IMG/VR virus record: IMGVR_UViG_2695420847_000002
DNA: 19,746 nucleotides
Direction: 5' to 3' (one strand)
Source of the DNA: a virus
Lineage: Duplodnaviria; Heunggongvirae; Uroviricota; Caudoviricetes
Shown here one piece after another: positions 9,315 through 15,877 of this stretch; within the stretch, counting starts at the first letter, position 1; each line of letters opens with the position of its first letter. The notes under the pieces were generated by a model. That model made no database searches. It saw nothing but the letters and a program-made list of their open reading frames with translations, and had not been told where the DNA came from. The translations under genes and the position numbers were made by a program.

Positions 9315-9644
9315 CTATGCCACGACCTGTTCAAAATCTGCCGTTATGGTTACCCACAGCGCCCCCACGCTTGCCGACCATTTACGACAAACCACCCTGA
9401 TCGGCTTCCAGTCATAAGGTGGCGTCCACTGAAATGCGCGGACGCCACCGTGCCGTTCCAGAAAGGCTTTCAAAGATGGGTGTTCACATTTACGAACACG
9501 TATCGTCACGCTGTAAGTCGACAACTGGTTATTCAGTCCCGCCGCACGACGCTGTTCATAACCATCGCCCAGCTTCACTGTCACCACTTTCGGCTCTGAT
9601 ACCACATTCATATCCGGGCGCACTTTCCAGTGAAACGTCTCCAT
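9315..9644 (-). CDS. M: Tail tip protein M
   Basis: Seen: 109-aa ORF (METFHWKVRPDMNVVSEPK...); its ATG overlaps the H stop as TAATG. Established (recall): same length and sequence as lambda gpM. Confidence 0.95.
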   Translation of the reverse strand: METFHWKVRPDMNVVSEPKVVTVKLGDGYEQRRAAGLNNQLSTYSVTIRVRKCEHPSLKAFLERHGGVRAFQWTPPYDWKPIRVVCRKWSASVGALWVTITADFEQVVA

Positions 9645-12600
9645 TACCGATATGCTCCACTTAACCGACCACCATCACGGGCCTGCTGTTGCATAAAGTC
9701 CGCTGCCGCTTTTTTCCCAAGGTCATAAACCACCTTCAGGGCAGCCGGACCTATCTGCCCGTTCGTGCCATCGTTATTGATCTCGATGTTGTACTGCGGG
9801 GCAAACATCGCCATACCTGAACCACCAATATCCGCCACAACCCCCAGCTTACCATCAGCACCACGACGCAGTGGCAGAATGGCTTCAGGTCCAGCTTCCC
9901 CCATCACACCCGCGCCTTTTGCAAAAGCAAAAAACGTCGGACGGTTAACCACCGTGCCACTGTAGCGACTCAAATCAGCCGACTGATAAACACCGCCATC
10001 AGCATTGGCTACAAAATCAAAAGGCAGCGCGGAAGCAATACCTTTTACCGCTTTCATTAAAGCTATCTGAGCCATGATTCTGGACATATCTGACAGCACA
10101 GAAGAGGTGAAGGATTTGAAATTGAGTTTGCCTGTAGTACAGAATGTCGCCAGCCAGTCACTCATGCTACTGAACGCAGACGTGAACAACTGTTCCACTG
10201 TCCCGGCTGTGTTATCCGCTTTCTCAGTGACATTCTGGAGTGCACGCAGGACTCCGTTTTTCCAGTCACCCTGAGCAATTTCAAGCTGTTGCCAATAACG
10301 GCGATTCTCATTCAGTTGTCGGTTCAGGCTCTCCGTCAGCGCCTGCTCGGCCTTTCTGTAGTCATCCGTGTTATATGTTCCTTTCTGCTCACTATCCCGC
10401 CTCAACTGCTCCAGCTGTTGCTGGTATTTCTGGCGAAGACTCAGTTGTACCTGATATCGCTGCCGCTGCTGATCACCCATACCCACCGTGGCGATATCCA
10501 GGTCATGTTGCTGGCGCTGAGCGCGCTCTTCTTCAGCCAGTTGACTGGTCAGCTGAATTGTTTTTTTCTTCAGATCGTTGAGTGCCGTCTGTTTCTGAAG
10601 CTCCTGCTGTTTTACATCCAGCAGCGTCAGTGCCTGAATCAGTTCATCTTTACGGGCCAGCACACTCTTTTCATCTGCCGTCAGTTTTTTCCCGTCCAGA
10701 TCGCTGATGCGCTGCTGCAGAGCCAGAAGCTGTTTATGCGCTTCTGTCATCCTGTCAGTGGCAATGCCTGCTGACTGTCTTGCAGCAGCAATCTGTCCTT
10801 CCACCTGTGCCTGTTGCTGACTGTACTGCAGCAATAACCGGGTGGCCTCATCATTACGGGTTTCGCGTGTTTTTTTCTTACCGGATGCCAGGACTTTCTC
10901 GTAACGTTCATTTTCACGTTGTATCGCCGCATCCCTGACAGCCTGATCGGCGTACTGCATGGCATTAATACGCGCAATTTCACGCTGATGTCGTGCTGCT
11001 TCCGTTTCATTCATCCGGTTCAGTGCAGCATTTTCAGCATTACGGCGTTTCTGTTGCTCCTGATAATTCCGCTCTGCCTGCTCTTTTGCATCCTGCAAAT
11101 CCTTCTGGCGTTTTTTCTCCTGAAGCTCGTTAAGACGCTGCTGATCGTACTCAACCTGAGAAGATGATGCCGTCCAAGGGAGTCTTTTCGCCCGCGACAC
11201 TTTCTCCTGTAAAGCGGAAATCTGTTCATCCAGCGAGTCTTCACGACCAATATTCATGGCCGCATCCCAGAAACGACTCCATAAATCAGACAGATACTTC
11301 AGCGTACTGCCCAGCGCATTGAGGTTATTATCAATATCCGCAGTACGCCGACCGGTTTCCTCTGCCAGTGCAGACATGGCTATCCGTGCCGCATCACTGG
11401 ACCGCCCCTGTTCCCCAAGGACGCGTATCTGCTCAAGCTGAGTGGCAGTAAGAAAATGCAGCTCATTGTCCAGAGCCTTCGCGGCATTTACAGGATCATC
11501 CTTCAGCCGCTTAAACTGATTTATGGTATCGCTGACCGACTGGCCAACCGATCGCTCCATCTGTGCGGCAGCTCTCGCCACCATACCGATATCGTTTCCA
11601 CGAAATGCACCACTCCCCACCACCTGAGCCAGCGCACCGGCTGCAGCATGTTGCGTGATACCATTCCCGGAAATAGCACGACTGAGCGTCCACAGCTGCC
11701 CGGCAGTGACTCCGGCATAATGCCCCGTCAGCGACAGCTGGCGGTTAAATTCTTCCCCCTCCTTCTGACCGTCATACCAGGCTTTACCCAGACCATAGAC
11801 AGCCGCGGCAATACCGCCAATAACCCCGCCAAGCATCATGCCTTTCGGTGACATCAATGTGTCTATCCATCCGGCACGGTTAGCCAGCGTTATTCCGGAT
11901 CCCCTCAGCGCACCTAAATTGCCGCGGGCCAGTTCACCTATCAGAACGCCTATCTCCTGACGGGCCGCTGCACTTTTCAGACCCAGCGAATGCGTTGCTT
12001 TTCCTGCCTGCTCCATTTTGCGGATATACACTTCTGCAGCACTGCTTACCCCCAGCTGGGCAGCCTTAGCACGAAGCAACTCAGAAGAAGAAAGATTCTG
12101 GCGGGTTGCCTGCTCTTTAAGCTGACGGATAAACGCCACTTTCTGTCGGGTAGCCTCTTCCTCAGCCTGTGTAAGAACACGGGTTTTCGCCGTAACCTCA
12201 GAAATCAGCGCCAGATAATCCTGCTGACCAATCCCGCCACTGTTTCTGGCCTGTCGGATCTGCTGCTGAATACGCTGTAATTCCTGCAGCCCCGCACTGG
12301 CCTGTTTCACACTGTCAATCTGACGATAAAACGCGGCAGCCGCTTTATCCTGAGCCTCCGCCAGAGCCATGGCCTGCGCCTGTTCCTCGCGCATTTTCTG
12401 GCTCAGTGCCTCCATACGCTGGCGGGTTTGCTCCACCTCGCGGGCCATGCGTTCATGAGCCTGTGCGCTCTTCTCCACCGTCTGCGCATGGACGGATGCG
12501 GCTGTTGCAGCCGAAGAAGCCGCCTGCATTGTCTGCCGGGCGGCCTGAGTCTGACGCTCCATAAAACGCTGCATACGGGCAGAAGACCGTTCTGCATCGC

Positions 12601-12700
12601 TGGCTGCACCATTCAGAAGGTTTTTGATACGGGGAATTTCATTTTTAAACTCTGCCGCATCAATCCCCAAATCAATGACCAGGTTGGCTATCTGGTCCAT
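9644..12700 (-). CDS. H: Tail tape measure protein H
   Basis: Seen: ORF is open to a TTG at 12730, but the ATG at 12700..12698 is preceded by GGAGGTG at good spacing, giving 1018 aa. Long central coiled-coil (Gln/Ala/Arg/Glu-rich). C-terminus NNDGTNGQIGPAALKVVYDLGKK...DGGRLSGAYR matches the lambda gpH C-terminus from recall. Position between T and M. Confidence 0.9.
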   Translation of the reverse strand: MDQIANLVIDLGIDAAEFKNEIPRIKNLLNGAASDAERSSARMQRFMERQTQAARQTMQAASSAATAASVHAQTVEKSAQAHERMAREVEQTRQRMEALSQKMREEQAQAMALAEAQDKAAAAFYRQIDSVKQASAGLQELQRIQQQIRQARNSGGIGQQDYLALISEVTAKTRVLTQAEEEATRQKVAFIRQLKEQATRQNLSSSELLRAKAAQLGVSSAAEVYIRKMEQAGKATHSLGLKSAAARQEIGVLIGELARGNLGALRGSGITLANRAGWIDTLMSPKGMMLGGVIGGIAAAVYGLGKAWYDGQKEGEEFNRQLSLTGHYAGVTAGQLWTLSRAISGNGITQHAAAGALAQVVGSGAFRGNDIGMVARAAAQMERSVGQSVSDTINQFKRLKDDPVNAAKALDNELHFLTATQLEQIRVLGEQGRSSDAARIAMSALAEETGRRTADIDNNLNALGSTLKYLSDLWSRFWDAAMNIGREDSLDEQISALQEKVSRAKRLPWTASSSQVEYDQQRLNELQEKKRQKDLQDAKEQAERNYQEQQKRRNAENAALNRMNETEAARHQREIARINAMQYADQAVRDAAIQRENERYEKVLASGKKKTRETRNDEATRLLLQYSQQQAQVEGQIAAARQSAGIATDRMTEAHKQLLALQQRISDLDGKKLTADEKSVLARKDELIQALTLLDVKQQELQKQTALNDLKKKTIQLTSQLAEEERAQRQQHDLDIATVGMGDQQRQRYQVQLSLRQKYQQQLEQLRRDSEQKGTYNTDDYRKAEQALTESLNRQLNENRRYWQQLEIAQGDWKNGVLRALQNVTEKADNTAGTVEQLFTSAFSSMSDWLATFCTTGKLNFKSFTSSVLSDMSRIMAQIALMKAVKGIASALPFDFVANADGGVYQSADLSRYSGTVVNRPTFFAFAKGAGVMGEAGPEAILPLRRGADGKLGVVADIGGSGMAMFAPQYNIEINNDGTNGQIGPAALKVVYDLGKKAAADFMQQQARDGGRLSGAYR

Positions 12701-13022
12701 AACGCACACCTCCGGAAATACCTTCCCCAAGATGCATCAGTTCTTCGTCCGTTCGCTCCGGTATCCCGTTCTCTTCCGGTAAAAGGCTGAAATCAGCCAC
12801 CGCAGCATCACTGCTACCGGACACCATTCTCACGATCAATGCCTTCAGCGAGGCAAACTGCGCATCCATCCACACATCACTGAAGCTCTGCATCCGGAAA
12901 TAATCGCCCCATTCACCAAGCTCAGTGGCCGACATTTCCGACAGCATCCGCCGCCAGTCTGCCCGCCGGAACTCCCGGGCAAGCCGCATGACAAACTGCA
13001 TTTCCCGCGTCAGGACTTTTCC
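12672..13022 (-). CDS. T: gpT segment of the G-T tail assembly chaperone, read in the -1 frame relative to G (programmed frameshift)
   Basis: Seen: the -1 frame is open from a stop at 13037..13035 through to 12672 and overlaps the last codons of G. It has no plausible independent ribosome-binding site. Established: the G/G-T arrangement is conserved upstream of tape measure genes in long-tailed phages. The frameshift is inferred, not demonstrated. Confidence 0.7.
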   Translation of the reverse strand, partial: GKVLTREMQFVMRLAREFRRADWRRMLSEMSATELGEWGDYFRMQSFSDVWMDAQFASLKALIVRMVSGSSDAAVADFSLLPEENGIPERTDEELMHLGEGISGGVRYGPDSQPGH

Positions 13023-13399
13023 GGCGTCAGCACCTCATGCTCCAAATCCCCGGCATTCTCAATGGCTCCCATACCGCTCAGCGACAGAACCATCTCCGCC
13101 CCCGCTCCCAGGGCATCATACGACCATGTTGTAATAACGGATGCGCAAAGCGTCTCAACATCCTGAGACTGTTCCGCATTCCACAGTGAGCGGGAAACCA
13201 GCCAGGCATTGATATCCATCCCCATCCGCAGAAAAGCAATCTGTCGTTCAGCCTCCGGCAGTTCTCCCTCCCCGGCATCAAACTTTGCCGTTCGCTGCTG
13301 AACAAACGCCAGATATTCAATTCTCTGCAGCCCGGACAGCTCACTGAGCACCACGGACTGCTTTTCATAATTAAACGTGCCCTGTTTCAGAAACATCAT
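13010..13399 (-). CDS. G: Tail assembly chaperone G
   Basis: Seen: ATG ATG at 13399..13394 preceded by AGGTGGAG; the longer ORF in the track (13438) would start inside the upstream terminator hairpin. The motif ...VVLSELSGLQRIEYLAFV... resembles lambda gpG (recall). Stop TGA at 13012..13010. Confidence 0.85.
   Translation of the reverse strand: MMFLKQGTFNYEKQSVVLSELSGLQRIEYLAFVQQRTAKFDAGEGELPEAERQIAFLRMGMDINAWLVSRSLWNAEQSQDVETLCASVITTWSYDALGAGAEMVLSLSGMGAIENAGDLEHEVLTPEKS
13016..13022 (-). other. Candidate -1 frameshift slip site GGAAAAG at the end of G
   Basis: Seen: minus-strand ...CCG GAA AAG TCC TGA in the G frame; the heptamer G GAA AAG lies inside the 22-nt window where both G and T frames are open. 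Established (recall): the lambda site is G GGA AAG. Assignment by inference only. Confidence 0.35.
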
Positions 13400-13412
13400 G
13401 TTCTCCACCTGC

Positions 13413-13436
13413 AAAAAAGCCCCGGATAACCGGGGC
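13413..13436 (-). terminator. Rho-independent terminator between V and G
   Basis: Seen: stem gccccgg / ccggggc (13419-13425 / 13430-13436), loop ataa, followed on the minus strand by T6 (A-run 13413-13418 on plus), then the G ribosome-binding site. Confidence 0.55.
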
Positions 13437-13456
13437 AAATGATGAGTATCGTCCTG

Positions 13457-14200
13457 TTAACCTGCGGCGCTGACAGCCACCGCAGCCACTGCCACAAAAT
13501 CGCCGTCAGAAGTCATGCCCACAATGCTGACACTGCCCTGCTTCACGCCTTTCACCGTGGCCACAAGCCCGTTCAGGGTCACCGTGGCAGTCTGTGGATC
13601 TGTCGAATGCACACTGATCGCTTTGTCACTGGCTCCGTCAGGTTTTACTGTAAAGGTCAGCGTGGTGGTTGCTCCCACTTTTACACTGGCAGATGCCGGT
13701 GCCACCGTCAGCCCGGTAACGCTCACTGTTTCAGTGCCTTCCTCTGCCAGATACGGACGCCCCACACCGCTGATTTTCACTGTGCGGGTCATCACGTCTT
13801 TTGAGGCAATGGTTTTACCCAGTGAGCTCAGCCAGCCACGGAAAACATCAACAGTGCCGTTGGGATATTTGATACGAAACGCGCAGACTTCACCGGAGTC
13901 GAACAACTGAACCAGTTTTTTCTGCCCGCTGTCACCCGGACGCCAGGCCAGCGTCGCCGAAGTATCACCGACGGATTTCTGCCCCTGGGTTGTCGTTTTC
14001 CAGTCTGCATCTTCATCATCGAGATAAGTGTCATCTTCTGCATCAGCGGTCATTTCGCCAGGTTGCAGATCCTTCACCATCGCAAGACGCAGCCAGTCAG
14101 TGTCCGATAAAGGGTTCGCAAACGCATCGCCCTTGCCGGTGTACATCCAGAACGTCGTTCCCGCACCTTTCGTTTTTGCCAGTGGATTTGGTGTGGTCAT
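13457..14200 (-). CDS. V: Major tail protein V with a C-terminal Ig-like domain
   Basis: Seen: ATG at 14200..14198 preceded by AAGGAGGTG (the track ORF starts at an upstream GTG, 14206). ...KTKGAGTTFWMYTGKGDAFANPLSDTDW...YLDDEDADW...YPNGTVDVFRGW... closely resembles lambda gpV (recall). Confidence 0.95.
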   Translation of the reverse strand: MTTPNPLAKTKGAGTTFWMYTGKGDAFANPLSDTDWLRLAMVKDLQPGEMTADAEDDTYLDDEDADWKTTTQGQKSVGDTSATLAWRPGDSGQKKLVQLFDSGEVCAFRIKYPNGTVDVFRGWLSSLGKTIASKDVMTRTVKISGVGRPYLAEEGTETVSVTGLTVAPASASVKVGATTTLTFTVKPDGASDKAISVHSTDPQTATVTLNGLVATVKGVKQGSVSIVGMTSDGDFVAVAAVAVSAAG

Positions 14201-14211
14201 TGCCACCTCCT

Positions 14212-14613
14212 TTAATTCGTGTACGTGATCTGGTACGTGATTTCCGCCATCGCCCAGGTGGCCATCTCATTATCACGTTGATAGTTAAAACCGAGAGGGA
14301 TCAGGGTGTCGATGAGTCCGGAAAGTGCCGGTATATCATTCAGAGCCGGGAAAATGGTGCTCTCCATCCACATATCCAGCTCTGAATCCGGTGCCTGTGC
14401 CCGGATGAAGACAGCAATATGCAGAACAGCCTGCCAGTCATCTTCATCCGTCATTTTTCCGGTGTACTGAGCATCACTCAGCCACACCGCCACGGCATGC
14501 AGTTCCTGCGCATCAATAAATGCCGGAAGCCCGTCAAAAAACGTGGCGCTGTCTCCACACTGTTCCCGAAGGCGTGCCAGTACGGCCTGGCGGATTTGTG
14601 TATGTCGGTTCAT
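14212..14613 (-). CDS. U: Tail terminator protein U
   Basis: Seen: ATG at 14613..14611 overlaps the Z stop as ATGA; an alternative upstream ATG is at 14625. ...ATFFDGLPAFIDAQELHAVAVWL...WMESTIFPALNDIPALSGLI...ITYQITYTN resembles lambda gpU (recall). Confidence 0.85.
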   Translation of the reverse strand: MNRHTQIRQAVLARLREQCGDSATFFDGLPAFIDAQELHAVAVWLSDAQYTGKMTDEDDWQAVLHIAVFIRAQAPDSELDMWMESTIFPALNDIPALSGLIDTLIPLGFNYQRDNEMATWAMAEITYQITYTN

Positions 14614-15188
14614 CGGGTCAGCCATAACCTCAGTTGTTGTTTCAGTGCATACCCCAGCTGTTTCGGCATTTCCGCAGCAATAATGCGGTCGCGGGCATCT
14701 TCAAATGCCTGTGTCAGCGGTCCGGACAGCGGGACTTTCACCACATCAATGGGGTAACGATTTTTGCCATCAATACGCCGCATCACATGCCAGCGACCAT
14801 TCGCCAGTTGCTGAATAAACGCATCCCGGAAAAGATATTTACCCACCTTCAGCACACTGCCACGGTACTGCAGTTTTCCACCACGCCGGGCCAGTCTGAC
14901 CCGGGCTGTCCCCAGCTTAATAGCGGGCAGATTGCCCCGGTTAACGCGGATCCTGGCCGTCATTTTTCCTGACGGACTGGCTTTAAACACCCGGACACGC
15001 TGACGTACCAGTTTCAGGGGGATCCCTCTCACCTGGTTATCTCCCGCAACGGTATTCCCGGCAACCTGCCGGGTGGCGACCGAGACCGCTTTCTGTGCCA
15101 CACGATTTATCGCCCATGCGCTGGCCTGTGGCACCATACGGGTATCAAGGCTGTTCAGATTACGGATGGCATTCTCAAGCCCCTTCAT
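14610..15188 (-). CDS. Z: Tail completion protein Z
   Basis: Seen: 192-aa ORF, ATG at 15188..15186 preceded by AGAGGTG. Assigned by synteny (between FII-like and U) and by length equal to lambda gpZ (recall). Confidence 0.8.
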   Translation of the reverse strand: MKGLENAIRNLNSLDTRMVPQASAWAINRVAQKAVSVATRQVAGNTVAGDNQVRGIPLKLVRQRVRVFKASPSGKMTARIRVNRGNLPAIKLGTARVRLARRGGKLQYRGSVLKVGKYLFRDAFIQQLANGRWHVMRRIDGKNRYPIDVVKVPLSGPLTQAFEDARDRIIAAEMPKQLGYALKQQLRLWLTR

Positions 15189-15199
15189 CCCACACCTCT

Positions 15200-15475
15200 T
15201 TACTCAATAAAGATCATTGGCTTACCGTTAAAACGTTCATGCCGTGTGACCGTCCATTGTTGTCCGTCATAAACAACGCGATCCCCGCGCCGTGGGCGGT
15301 ATCCCGAAGAAAACACCACCAGAGAGACCGCAGGTCCGGACAGAGCATTCAGCTCTGCCAGTGTTTCTCCCGGGATCACAGTCATATCGGCATCATTAAT
15401 CGAGGCTGTCTTTCCCATCTTTCTGACCGTGATCGCATCCATACGCGCTGCCAGCCTGGAAAAGGGATCAGACAT
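15200..15475 (-). CDS. Head-tail connector protein at the lambda FII position (FII-like)
   Basis: Seen: 91-aa ORF; its ATG at 15475..15473 overlaps the stop of the upstream gene by 8 nt (ATGTCTGA), so it is probably translationally coupled. Assigned mainly by synteny; sequence similarity to lambda FII not verified. Confidence 0.6.
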   Translation of the reverse strand: MSDPFSRLAARMDAITVRKMGKTASINDADMTVIPGETLAELNALSGPAVSLVVFSSGYRPRRGDRVVYDGQQWTVTRHERFNGKPMIFIE

Positions 15476-15791
15476 TGAGTTTTACCGGCACTTCTTCTGC
15501 ACTGGTTCCGGCATCTGCCCAGACAACCCCGACCAGCGGATCAGAGCCGCTGTTAGTCAGCTGAACTTTTCCGGACTTCAGATAAACCTTCTTACCCGTT
15601 TTCATATCATCCGTTTTCAGCTTAGGCAGCATAAACACACCTTCGGTCATGCCGTCGCCTGTTTCACCCTGTGGAATATCGGTCAGCGCCACCGCAAAAA
15701 TATTACCCACCTGCACCAGATCTCCGCTGCTGATGGCTGCACTGGCAACAATCGCCACCGTTTTTCCTTCTTCTACAAAATTCTTTGCCAT
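15468..15791 (-). CDS. Small DUF2190-like protein of unknown function at the position of lambda FI (possible capsid accessory/decoration protein)
   Basis: Seen: ATG at 15791..15789 preceded by CGGAGA; the track ORF starts at an upstream TTG (15836) inside the terminator. MAKNFVEEGKTVAIVASAAISSGDLVQVGNIFAVALTDIPQGETGDGMTEGVFMLPKLK... fits my recollection of the DUF2190 family found next to HK97-type capsid genes. Not verified by search. Confidence 0.5.
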   Translation of the reverse strand: MAKNFVEEGKTVAIVASAAISSGDLVQVGNIFAVALTDIPQGETGDGMTEGVFMLPKLKTDDMKTGKKVYLKSGKVQLTNSGSDPLVGVVWADAGTSAEEVPVKLNV

Positions 15792-15834
15792 AACTGTCTC
15801 CGCACAGCCCCGTTCAGGGGCTGATTTCAGGTAC

Positions 15835-15853
15835 AAAAAAAGCCCTTACGGGC
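15835..15853 (-). terminator. Weak rho-independent terminator just downstream of the capsid gene
   Basis: Seen: 4-bp GC stem gccc / gggc (loop ttac) followed on the minus strand by T7 (A-run 15835-15841 on plus). A second 6-bp hairpin (agcccc / ggggct, 15806-15822) lies between it and the next ribosome-binding site. Short stem, so low confidence. Confidence 0.4.
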
Positions 15854-15877
15854 CATCAGAGTTGTTGTCTGCGACGT

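Noticed and set aside
7330-9664. Small ORFs overlapping I, K, L and M on either strand (for example 7330..7548, 7911..8276, 8158..8586, 8520..9254, 9276..9599, 9419..9664)
   Set aside because: They overlap conserved lambda-like tail-tip genes out of frame or antisense; no evidence of coding.
9765-12790. ORFs inside H in antisense or alternative frames (for example 10289..10774, 11456..11851, 12428..12790)
   Set aside because: Shadow ORFs of the tape measure gene.
13078-14385. Alternative-frame and antisense ORFs over G, T and V (13078..13368, 13439..13804, 13515..13910, 13828..14043, 13990..14385, 14028..14228)
   Set aside because: They overlap the G/T/V genes; 13439..13804 and 13515..13910 are antisense to V.
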